Source: an uncultured Alphaproteobacteria bacterium
Lineage (GTDB): Bacteria; Pseudomonadota; Alphaproteobacteria; RF32; CAG-239
Direction of reading: 5' to 3'
NCBI GenBank assembly: GCA_946629975.1
Contig: CAMOYJ010000002.1
Location: 1-60,959 of the forward strand
DNA: 60,959 nt
Positions 36,604 through 45,177 of this stretch are shown in pieces. Each line of letters starts with the position of its first letter. Position 1 is the first letter of the stretch. Below the pieces are notes generated by a model. The model made no database searches. It was not told where the DNA came from and saw only the letters and a list, made by a program, of their open reading frames with translations. The position numbers and the translations under genes were made by a program.

Positions 36604-37706
36604 TTTATTTCTTCCCTTTTATAAAGTTTGCCTCCAGTCATCGGTGCGCTGACACCTGTGGTTGAAGGAAACGTAATCGGCAGATTATAAAATCTTCTGG
36701 CAGCCAAAAAAGCAAAAGCGCTCGCATCGTTTGGTTTGATTTCATCATGCAAGACAAATGCGTTGATTCCATCAGCCTTGAGCTTTTGTTTCAAATTTCT
36801 GACAAGCGTCGGGTTCAAAGCCCCGCCGCCACAAATCATAGCAGATTCCGGCTTTGCGGGCAAAAAGGTTTGTACGGCCTTTTGAATACTTCCAGCAATA
36901 AAATCCACAATCGTTGCTGCGCCGTCTTCAATGCTCAAACCTTCAAAATGTTCTTCTTTGTCTTTAAATGCATTTCGATCAAGTGCTTTTGGCGGCAACT
37001 TTTCAAAAAATTCGTGTTTCATCAGGCTGTTCACAATTTTTGTATGAACCTGTCCGAGAGCAGCTCTTTGCCCATTGTAATCCATGGCCACATGTGCGTG
37101 TTTTTTCATAAAATGGTTGAGAATGGCGTTGCCAGGTCCGCAGTCAAAAGCAATCATTTCGCCAAAATTGCCGATATACGTTAAAGAACTGACCCCGCCG
37201 ATATTGATAAATAGCGCCGGTTTTTCAAGATGTTGTGCGAGTGCGTGGTAATAAGTTGCGGTTAAAGGAGCGCCTTGTCCGCCGTTTGCAACATCTGCAT
37301 TGTGAAAATGTGAAACAACGGGGATTTTAAATTCATCAAAAATCGCTTGCCCCTTGCCGAGTTGATAGGTGTATAAAGCTTTGGCATCATGCGCAATAGT
37401 GGGGCCTTCAATGCCTATTAAATCAATGTTCTGTGCGTTTGAAGAGCTTATTTCCCGAATAATATCGCACATCATGTTTGTCACATCGTTTTCGACCGTC
37501 TCAATCAACACCTTATCATCAGGCTGGTTGATGTTTTTGCCTGATATAAGCTCAATTTTTGAGCGCAAAAACTCAGGGATGGGGATGTTTCCAACCAAAT
37601 ATTCGTGATAAATATCCACTCCGTCCGTTGAAATCAAGGCATATTTGATTGCATCAATCGATGTTCCGCTCATAAGCGCCAAAACATTTAAGGGTTTTAT
37701 CATCAT
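36600..37706 (-). CDS. anmK: anhydro-N-acetylmuramic acid kinase
   Basis: MSGTSID, DVANGGQGAPL, NIGGVS, FDCGPGN, CGGGALN, PSTTGV. Confidence 0.9.
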   Translation of the reverse strand: MMIKPLNVLALMSGTSIDAIKYALISTDGVDIYHEYLVGNIPIPEFLRSKIELISGKNINQPDDKVLIETVENDVTNMMCDIIREISSSNAQNIDLIGIEGPTIAHDAKALYTYQLGKGQAIFDEFKIPVVSHFHNADVANGGQGAPLTATYYHALAQHLEKPALFINIGGVSSLTYIGNFGEMIAFDCGPGNAILNHFMKKHAHVAMDYNGQRAALGQVHTKIVNSLMKHEFFEKLPPKALDRNAFKDKEEHFEGLSIEDGAATIVDFIAGSIQKAVQTFLPAKPESAMICGGGALNPTLVRNLKQKLKADGINAFVLHDEIKPNDASAFAFLAARRFYNLPITFPSTTGVSAPMTGGKLYKREEIK

Positions 37707-37780
37707 ATTATTCAAACCTTTCTTTATGCTCTATCCTAGGCAACAAGCATTAAAAATTCGTTATAATAAGCAAAATATGA

Positions 37781-37809
37781 TTGCAATTTATTTGATTGTA
37801 TGAGATAGT
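37781..37809 (+). promoter_or_regulatory. sigma70-like promoter of leader element copy 2
   Basis: TTGCAA-17 nt-GATAGT, 6 nt upstream of the GTAACC hairpin. Confidence 0.55.
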
Positions 37810-37814
37810 ATTCA

Positions 37815-37976
37815 TGTAACCGAAATGGTTGCGGTGTTTAAAAGACACTTCCAAAACACACACTCCTTAGATAAGGGAGTTGTTGAAATAAGGGCTATTG
37901 CCACGAATAAAACAAACTGTGTTTTGGCAGTTCTTTTAGCTCCCGCTTTGGATTTCGGTTCAAGGCGATTTTTTTT
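37815..37976 (+). ncRNA. conserved structured leader RNA, copy 2
   Basis: Homolog of 14838-14988. Helices CCAAAACACA/TGTGTTTTGG, TAAAAGA/TCTTTTA and ACTCCTT/AGGGAGT, plus terminator. Confidence 0.8.
37944..37976 (+). terminator. intrinsic terminator upstream of the pilin gene start
   Basis: CGCTTTGGA/TTCAAGGCG stem, then A and T8, 27 nt before the ATG. Confidence 0.7.
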
Positions 37977-38003
37977 ATGGCATCTTTAGAAAGGAAATGA
38001 ATT

Positions 38004-38669
38004 ATGAAAAATATACCTCACACATGTCAATTCTCATTGCCGGACGTGTCGGCAAAAAGCCGACCGGATCCGGCAATCTCTTCAGAATCTTTTGGCAGAA
38101 GCATGGTTGAAATGCTCGGTGTTCTCGCTATTATCGGCGTTTTGTCTGCCGGCGCTTTGGCTGGTTATTCTAAAGCAATGTTTCGTCATAAAGTCAACCA
38201 AACAATTGATATATTTCAAGGGGTCTTACAACGATTGGCAGAAATGGATCAACAAAATTTAGGAGCTGAAGATTTTGCGGTAAATATTGATAACGCAACA
38301 AATATAGTAAAATACGGTATTCTGAACCAATGTCAAGAAACAACAGTAAATACTCGCTGGACATCTTCGGCTTGCCAATTACCAATAGGTGTTTTGGAGC
38401 TAGACCTTTTTAATTCGCCCTATTTAGAAGGGATGGTTTTTGTTAATTTTACTGATGCAAAATCATGTATTGCTTTTTGTTCTGTTCACTGGGAAAGAGT
38501 TATTCCAGTAGAATGGGTAAAACCTTCAGGATATCTTAGAATCGGAGCAGATGGATATGAATACCCATATGAAGGAGATGGCGCAACAATTTCCAAGATT
38601 GCAGAAGACTGTACAACACAATGCAAAGAGGGCTCTTGCTATTTAAATTTAATGATTCGTGAATATTAA
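38004..38669 (+). CDS. type IV pilin-like / prepilin-type N-terminal cleavage protein
   Basis: G|RSMVEMLGVLAIIGVLSAGALAGY with Glu at +5 and a hydrophobic helix; Cys-rich C-terminal domain; SD AAGGA. Confidence 0.8.
   Translation: MKNIPHTCQFSLPDVSAKSRPDPAISSESFGRSMVEMLGVLAIIGVLSAGALAGYSKAMFRHKVNQTIDIFQGVLQRLAEMDQQNLGAEDFAVNIDNATNIVKYGILNQCQETTVNTRWTSSACQLPIGVLELDLFNSPYLEGMVFVNFTDAKSCIAFCSVHWERVIPVEWVKPSGYLRIGADGYEYPYEGDGATISKIAEDCTTQCKEGSCYLNLMIREY
38034..38080. repeat. REP-like palindromic element, copy 2 (in frame within the prepilin leader)
   Basis: ATTGCCGGA (38036-38044) / TCCGGCAAT (38069-38077) with inner hairpin GTCGGC-AAAAA-GCCGAC. Confidence 0.75.
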
Positions 38670-38750
38670 TTTGATTTCCTAAAAACCCTCTTGCAATCTT
38701 AAAAATGTTGCGTTACTATGCCATCAATTTTGAATTTCAAGGAAAGAAAA

Positions 38751-40004
38751 ATGGCAAACGTCAAATCTGAATTTTTAAATATTATGCTCGAGCGCGGCTT
38801 TTTCAATCAATGCACCAATTTAGAGGGCTTTGATGCCTATCTTTATGAGTGCGAACAAAAGGGCGTGCCTGCCGTTGGCTATTTAGGTTCAGATCCGACG
38901 GGTGACAGTCTTCATGTGGGCCATATTGTGCCGGTGATGATGATGCGTTGGTTTCAAAAATGCGGTCATAAACCCTTAACGCTTGTCGGCGGAGCAACAG
39001 CGCGCATCGGCGATCCGTCCGGCAAAGATAAACTTCGTCCGTTTTTAAGCGAAGAAACCTTAAAACACAATGCTGAAGGCTTAAAAAAATCATTTAAAAC
39101 TTTTCTTGATTTTTCAAATGTGCGCAACGGTGCTGAAATGGTTGATAACTGGGATTGGTTTAAATCCATCAACTACCTTGAATTTTTGCGCGATATCGGC
39201 ACATGCTATTCGGTTAATCATATGCTCACGATGGATAGCGTCAAAACGCGTTTGGAACGTGAGCAGCCAATGAGCTTTTTAGAGTTTAATTATCAGCTTT
39301 TGCAAGGCTATGATTTTTGCGTTTTAAATCAGCGCTATGGTTGCCGTGCGCAAATCGCAGGGGCAGATCAATGGGGAAACATCACCTCCGGCACAGAACT
39401 CGGACGCCGTCGCTATAATGTTGAGCTTTTCGGGTTCACAAGCCCGATTTTGACCGATTCGGCAGGCAAGAAGATGGGAAAATCCGAGGGCAATGCCGTT
39501 TGGATTAATGAAGAAAAACTTTCTTCTTATGATTATTTCCAATATTTCAGAAACATCGGCGATGCTGAGGTGGCAAAATGCCTTGCCATCTTTACCGATT
39601 TACCGATGGATGAAGTTAGGCGCTTATCAGCCTTAAAAGACCAAGAAATCAACGAGGCCAAAAAAGTTTTAGCTTATGAAGCAACAAAAATGTGCCGTGG
39701 GAAGGTTGCAGCTGACGAGGCACTTGAAACAGCCGTCAAAACCTTTGAACAAGGCATGTCAGGCGACAATCTGCCTGTTTTAGAAGCAGATTTGCAAGCC
39801 GGTATTTCGGTTTTGGATGCGTTCTTAAACATCGGTTTTGTTTCAAGCAAAGGCGAGGCGCGCCGTTTGATTAAACAAGCCGGCTTAAAAATCAACGATA
39901 AAGCGGTGACGGATGAAAATTATATCATCACCGCAAAAGACATTGAGAATGGCGAGGTCAAGCTTTCTCAAGGCAAGAAAAAACACGGCTTAATCAAGGC
40001 ATAA
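38751..40004 (+). CDS. tyrS: tyrosine--tRNA ligase
   Basis: DPTGDSLHVGH, GDPSGK, EFNYQLLQGYDF, GADQWGNI, KMGKS, S4-like C-terminal domain. Confidence 0.96.
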   Translation: MANVKSEFLNIMLERGFFNQCTNLEGFDAYLYECEQKGVPAVGYLGSDPTGDSLHVGHIVPVMMMRWFQKCGHKPLTLVGGATARIGDPSGKDKLRPFLSEETLKHNAEGLKKSFKTFLDFSNVRNGAEMVDNWDWFKSINYLEFLRDIGTCYSVNHMLTMDSVKTRLEREQPMSFLEFNYQLLQGYDFCVLNQRYGCRAQIAGADQWGNITSGTELGRRRYNVELFGFTSPILTDSAGKKMGKSEGNAVWINEEKLSSYDYFQYFRNIGDAEVAKCLAIFTDLPMDEVRRLSALKDQEINEAKKVLAYEATKMCRGKVAADEALETAVKTFEQGMSGDNLPVLEADLQAGISVLDAFLNIGFVSSKGEARRLIKQAGLKINDKAVTDENYIITAKDIENGEVKLSQGKKKHGLIKA

Positions 40005-40100
40005 AAGTGCTATAATCAGATTTTGCAGTTTTTTGTTGTAATTTGTTTTAATTTGGCATATAAAGAAAAAAGTTTACGTCAATTTTTTTAAGGGATAGAT

Positions 40101-40574
40101 ATGGCAAACCCGATTGATACAAAAATCATCAGCAAATTGGCTGATATTTTAAACAAATCTAATTTAACACAACTTGAATATGAAGATGAGACGGTGCGCA
40201 TTTCGCTTGGTCGTCAAAGCGGAGCGCCTGTGTTGCCTCAAGTTGTTGTCACACAGCCCGTGGAGCAGGAAAAACCTAAAGAAGAAGAAAAAGAGCTCCC
40301 CAAAGAAGTTGAAAACCTTATCCAAGACTATCGCGATGATGAAAACGCTGTCAAATCGCCGATGGTCGGTGTTGTCTATTTGGCGCCAAATCAAACAAGC
40401 CCGAACTTTGTCAAAGTCGGCGATGATGTGAAAGCCGGCGATACGGTTTGTTTGATTGAGGCAATGAAAACCTTCAATCCTGTCAAAGCCCACAAGAGCG
40501 GCCGTGTGACCAAGATTTTGGTTGAAGCGGGCGATCCTGTTGAATATGGCGCACCTTTGATCGTTATCGAATAA
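40101..40574 (+). CDS. accB: acetyl-CoA carboxylase biotin carboxyl carrier protein
   Basis: SPMVG, IEAMKTFN biotinylation motif. Confidence 0.95.
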   Translation: MANPIDTKIISKLADILNKSNLTQLEYEDETVRISLGRQSGAPVLPQVVVTQPVEQEKPKEEEKELPKEVENLIQDYRDDENAVKSPMVGVVYLAPNQTSPNFVKVGDDVKAGDTVCLIEAMKTFNPVKAHKSGRVTKILVEAGDPVEYGAPLIVIE

Positions 40575-40590
40575 CATTTAGGATTCTTTG

Positions 40591-41934
40591 ATGTTTGAAA
40601 AACTTTTAATTGCAAATCGAGGCGAAATCGCCTTGCGTATCCAACGCGCCTGTCGCGAAATGGGTATTAAAACGGTTGCTGTTCACTCTGAAGCAGATGC
40701 CGACGCCATGCATGTGCGTATGGCTGATGAAGCCGTTTGTATCGGCCCGGCCAAAGCCTCTGAATCATATTTGAACAAACCGGCCATTATTTCTGCTGCC
40801 GTCATCACCGGTGCAGATGCCATCCACCCGGGTTATGGCTTCTTGTCTGAAAATGCCGACTTTGCCGAAATGGTTGAACGTCATGGTATCGCCTTTGTCG
40901 GCCCAACCTCAAGCCAAATGCGCCTTATGGGCGACAAAATTGCGGCACGTGCCGCCGCTCAAAAGGCCGGCATGCCTGTTGCTCCGGGCTCACCTGAGCT
41001 CAAAACGCTTGATGAAGCCTATATTTGGGCAAAAAAAATCGGTTTTCCGGTGATTGTGAAGGCAAAAGACGGCGGTGGCGGCAAGGGCATGAAAATTGCC
41101 ATGAAGGCCGAAGATTTGCCGGAAGCTTATTCGCTTGCACGCGCCGAAGCAAAAGCCTCGTTCACGAGCGATGCCGTTTACCTTGAAAAGTTTTTGGTAA
41201 ACCCGCGCCATATTGAAATTCAAATTTTGGCTGACAGCTTTGGTAATGTTGTTCATTTGGGCGAACGTGATTGCTCTATCCAACGCGGCAACCAAAAAGT
41301 GATTGAAGAAAGTCCGTCGCCGGCTTTAAACGAAAGTGCGCGCCAAAACATCTGCAAAGTTGTGCGCAAAGCCATCCAAAAAATTGGTTATACCAATGCC
41401 GGCACATTAGAGTTTTTGTATGAAGACGGCAAGTTTTACTTTATGGAAATGAACACACGTCTGCAAGTTGAACACCCCGTTACTGAGGCAATCACGGATA
41501 TTGACATTGTTCGTGAACAAATTCGCATTGCAAGCGGTGCAAAACTCAGTTTTCGCCAAGAAGACATAACCTTCACGGGTCATGCCATCGAATGTCGCAT
41601 CAATGCCGAAAATCCAGACACATTTTTGCCTTCTCCGGGCAAGATTGTTGAGTGGCACGCTCCCGGCGGCCTAGGTGTTCGTGTTGATTCTGAAATTTAT
41701 TCCGGCTACACGATTCCGCCTTGCTATGATAGCATGATCGCCAAGCTCATCATCAGCTCTAAAACCCGAAGTAGCGCCATCATGCGTTTGCGCCGTGCGC
41801 TGGATGAATTTGTGATTATGGGCATAGACACCACCATTCCGCTTTTGCAAGAAGTTATTTCTTCACCCGATTTTATTGATGGCACATATAATATTCACTG
41901 GCTTGAAAATTTTATGAAAAACCGCAATTCTTAA
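40591..41934 (+). CDS. accC: acetyl-CoA carboxylase biotin carboxylase
   Basis: IANRGEIA, HPGYGFLSEN, GGGGKGM, EMNTRLQVEHPVTE, ECRINAE. Confidence 0.96.
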   Translation: MFEKLLIANRGEIALRIQRACREMGIKTVAVHSEADADAMHVRMADEAVCIGPAKASESYLNKPAIISAAVITGADAIHPGYGFLSENADFAEMVERHGIAFVGPTSSQMRLMGDKIAARAAAQKAGMPVAPGSPELKTLDEAYIWAKKIGFPVIVKAKDGGGGKGMKIAMKAEDLPEAYSLARAEAKASFTSDAVYLEKFLVNPRHIEIQILADSFGNVVHLGERDCSIQRGNQKVIEESPSPALNESARQNICKVVRKAIQKIGYTNAGTLEFLYEDGKFYFMEMNTRLQVEHPVTEAITDIDIVREQIRIASGAKLSFRQEDITFTGHAIECRINAENPDTFLPSPGKIVEWHAPGGLGVRVDSEIYSGYTIPPCYDSMIAKLIISSKTRSSAIMRLRRALDEFVIMGIDTTIPLLQEVISSPDFIDGTYNIHWLENFMKNRNS

Positions 41935-41949
41935 AAAGGTTTGCATCAA

Positions 41950-42666
41950 ATGGCAAAAAAGCTGAATATCAAAGAGTTTTGTGCAGACAACTTGTCGTTT
42001 ATGGCAAAAAACTTTGTGTTGCTCTCGTTGTTTGGTTTTGCTTCATTTATAGCTTCCTTTTTGAGCTTAAAATACGTGTTCAAACATCAAATCGGCATGA
42101 TGTTTTTATACACCGTTTTTTGCTATTTTTTCTACTATGTTTTTGTGAGCCTTTATTATGAGCAAAAGCCGATTTTTACGAGCAAAAAGCTTGTCAACTC
42201 GCTTGTCAAAATGTTTGTTGTCTTTGCTCTTTCCTTGAGCGCCGTGATTTTCGGACACTTGTTTTTTAAGCTCTTAAAATATATGGCGCAATATCTGATC
42301 GGTTTTCCTGATATTTATGATTTTTTGAAAAATACATACCATTTCCTGAATGCTTCAAGAATGGGGCGCTTTTTGCTTTATATCCCGATGCTTTTTCTTT
42401 TAACATTTACCTTCTTTATTCCGGGTTTTTCTTGGATCTCAACCATCAATGAGGGAGATGCATCGCTTTGGTCGGCATATTCCAAAACATCCGGCAACTA
42501 TCTTAAAATCACGGCTGTCCTTCTGCTGATATATGCAGTTTTGCCGTTTATATCTGCTGTTTTAATTGCTCCCACACCTACATATTTAAGCATTTCAAAC
42601 GCAGTCCTGACAATCATACAACTGGTTTTTTGTATTCGTTTGTATGATTTCTTTTATAAAGATTAG
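41950..42666 (+). CDS. multi-pass membrane protein (paralog of 9507-10268)
   Basis: Hydrophobic; shares the motifs LYY..+P.F, WIS, KT.GN and YDFFY with ORF 9507. Confidence 0.75.
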   Translation: MAKKLNIKEFCADNLSFMAKNFVLLSLFGFASFIASFLSLKYVFKHQIGMMFLYTVFCYFFYYVFVSLYYEQKPIFTSKKLVNSLVKMFVVFALSLSAVIFGHLFFKLLKYMAQYLIGFPDIYDFLKNTYHFLNASRMGRFLLYIPMLFLLTFTFFIPGFSWISTINEGDASLWSAYSKTSGNYLKITAVLLLIYAVLPFISAVLIAPTPTYLSISNAVLTIIQLVFCIRLYDFFYKD

Positions 42667-43328
42667 TTTTTTAACCCCAAAATTTCAGCAATTTTTTCGG
42701 CAGTTGCTAAAATTGAACCTGTGCCGTCAACGCAGCGGAGCAATCCTTTTTGCTCAAAATACGAAATAGTCGGGTATGTCAGTTGCCGATAATTAACCAA
42801 CCGGTTTTTTACTGTTTCACGGTTGTCATCAGCGCGCTTGACAAATTCTGTTCCGCCGCATTTGTCGCAAACGCCATAAACCTTTGGCTTAATGTTCTTA
42901 TCGTGATAACCTTCGCCGCATTTTGCACAAGCATAGCGTCCTAAAATACGTTCCATAATGATTTCATCAGGCACTTGTATTTCAATCACACAATCAAGAG
43001 AAATGTTCTTTGAGCTTAAAATCTTTTCCAAAGCATAAGCTTGGGGCAATGTGCGCGGAAAACCGTCTAAAATAAACCCGTTTTGGCAGTCTTGTTCATC
43101 AATGCGGCGAGAAACCATATCAACAATCATCTCATCGGTTGCAAATTCGCCTCTGTCAAGAGCAGCCTTTAATTCCCGTCCGAAAGGGGTGTCTTTTGCC
43201 GCTTCCGCACGAAGCATTTCACCGGTCGATAAATGGCAGATATGAGCTTTCTCACGCAAAAGGCGCGCCTGTGTGCCTTTGCCGCATCCGGGCGCTCCCG
43301 TCAAAACTATTCTCAAAGGTTTTTGCAT
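42663..43328 (-). CDS. adk: adenylate kinase (Zn-binding LID)
   Basis: GAPGCGKGTQA, HLSTGEMLR, DGFPRT, CAKC..CDKC. Start moved to ATG 43328. Confidence 0.95.
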   Translation of the reverse strand: MQKPLRIVLTGAPGCGKGTQARLLREKAHICHLSTGEMLRAEAAKDTPFGRELKAALDRGEFATDEMIVDMVSRRIDEQDCQNGFILDGFPRTLPQAYALEKILSSKNISLDCVIEIQVPDEIIMERILGRYACAKCGEGYHDKNIKPKVYGVCDKCGGTEFVKRADDNRETVKNRLVNYRQLTYPTISYFEQKGLLRCVDGTGSILATAEKIAEILGLKN

Positions 43329-43329
43329 A

Positions 43330-44682
43330 TTAACGACGTTTCTTTTGCGAAATAAGAGAAGCCTTTTTGATGAGGCCTTCATATTGATATGCAATCAAGT
43401 GAGATTGAACTTGTGTCATAAAATCCATTGTCACTTGAACAACGATCAAAAGCGTCGTACCGCCCAAAACAAACGGAACGGAGAGCTTTGTAATCAAAAT
43501 TTCAGGCAAAATACAAAGAGCTGTCAAATAAGCAGCGCCTAAAACCGTCAAACGCGTAATCACATAATCCAAATATTCGGCAGTGCTGTTGCCCGGACGA
43601 ATACCTGCAATAAAACCGCCGTGTTTTTTGAGGTTGTCAGCTGTTTCCTCAGGGTTGAAAACAACAGCTGTGTAGAAAAATGAGAAAAACACAATGAGCA
43701 ACGCATATAAAATCAAATAAAGCGGTTGTCCGTGACCAAGCCATTGGTTCAAAGTTTGCACCCAAGACGGGCCGTTTTGAGCCGAAAAGTTTGCAATTGT
43801 AATCGGAAGTAACAAGAGAGAGCTTGCAAAAATCGGCGGAATAACACCTGTCGGGTTGATTTTCAAAGGCAAATGAGAGCTTTCTGCTGCTGTCATACGC
43901 ATACCGACTTGGCGCTTCGGATATTGAATAACAATCTTGCGTTGAGCGCGTTCCACAAACACGATGATATAAATCAAAGCAAGAGCCATCACAAGCAAGA
44001 GTGCAATCACGGTCATAGACATTGATCCGATTCGTCCCAATTCAAAGGTTCTGGCAAGTGCTGCCGGAATGTTGGCGATAATACCGACCGTAATGATAAG
44101 CGAAGACCCGTTTCCAACGCCACGCGATGTAATTTGATCACCGAGCCAAACAACAAACATTGTGCCGCCGACCAAAGAAACCATTGTCGTAAAGCGGAAA
44201 ACAAAGCTCGGAATAACAACGGCCGATGCGCCGCCGGCGTTTGTGATGCTCTCCAAACCAACGGCAATACCATAACCTTGAACAATTGTGATGAACACAG
44301 TCAAAATTTTGGTATAATGTGTCACCTTGCGATGTCCGGCTTCGCCTTCTTTCTTCAAAGCCATCAATGAAGGAATAACGCTCTGCCCGAGTTGAATAAT
44401 GATTGAAGCAGAAATATATGGGAAGATGTTTAATGCAAAGATTGTCATACGGGATAGTGCACCACCTGAGAACATATTAAACATACCCAAGATACCGCCT
44501 GAGTGCTGTGAAAATACTTCAGATAAAACCCCTGCATCAATTCCCGGCAACGGAATAAAAGTTCCAAGCCTGAAAACGATAAGTGCCAAAATTGTAAACC
44601 ACAATCTTTTCTTGAGATCTTCCGCTTTGCTAAATGCCGACATATCTAGGTTTGCGGCCATTCTTTCTGCCATTGATACCAT
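43330..44682 (-). CDS. secY: preprotein translocase subunit SecY
   Basis: FSGGAL, PYISASII, GVGNGSSLII, GVIPPIFASS, GIRPG, GGTTLLIVV. Confidence 0.97.
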   Translation of the reverse strand: MVSMAERMAANLDMSAFSKAEDLKKRLWFTILALIVFRLGTFIPLPGIDAGVLSEVFSQHSGGILGMFNMFSGGALSRMTIFALNIFPYISASIIIQLGQSVIPSLMALKKEGEAGHRKVTHYTKILTVFITIVQGYGIAVGLESITNAGGASAVVIPSFVFRFTTMVSLVGGTMFVVWLGDQITSRGVGNGSSLIITVGIIANIPAALARTFELGRIGSMSMTVIALLLVMALALIYIIVFVERAQRKIVIQYPKRQVGMRMTAAESSHLPLKINPTGVIPPIFASSLLLLPITIANFSAQNGPSWVQTLNQWLGHGQPLYLILYALLIVFFSFFYTAVVFNPEETADNLKKHGGFIAGIRPGNSTAEYLDYVITRLTVLGAAYLTALCILPEILITKLSVPFVLGGTTLLIVVQVTMDFMTQVQSHLIAYQYEGLIKKASLISQKKRR

Positions 44683-44904
44683 TATTTTTTTTCCTTTATT
44701 TATCTAATTTCAAAACAAAACACCGGATTTTCAGCAAATCCGTTTGTTGTAATGTAATCTATTTGCAAAAATATTTTAAGGGTAATTTTATCTTTATCCT
44801 CAAAAAAAACAAGGCATTCTATTTGTTTGCAAGTTGACATGAGAAAAAGAAAACGTTAAACTATAAGTTCAATTCCTAGTTTTATTTCTATCATTTATAA
44901 AATT

Positions 44905-45123
44905 ATGATGCCTATGAAAAGTTTGTCTCAAACACTGCAAGTGGCAGATTTTTACAACACAAAGCAAGAAGATGTCGATTTGATGAAAATGTTTGCCAAA
45001 TCTCTTGGCCAAACAGAAGCCTATGGCCGTCTCTTCCGATATGTCAAAACCGCCGTTTTGACAGTATCATCGGTTGTTGCGGCTCTCATCGCCGGCATTG
45101 CTTTTCTGATTATTGTGCTCTGA
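44905..45123 (+). CDS. small hypothetical protein with C-terminal TM helix
   Basis: 72-aa ORF filling an intergenic gap, TTGACA box upstream, terminator downstream, hydrophobic C-terminus. Confidence 0.55.
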   Translation: MMPMKSLSQTLQVADFYNTKQEDVDLMKMFAKSLGQTEAYGRLFRYVKTAVLTVSSVVAALIAGIAFLIIVL

Positions 45124-45134
45124 TTTTAGTGCTC

Positions 45135-45177
45135 AAAAAAAGCGGATTTGATTTTTTAAATCAACTCCGTTTTTTTT
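45135..45177. terminator. bidirectional terminator between the small ORF and mutY
   Basis: A7-GCGGA-TTTGATTT..AAATCAA-CTCCG-T8 imperfect stem. Confidence 0.55.
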
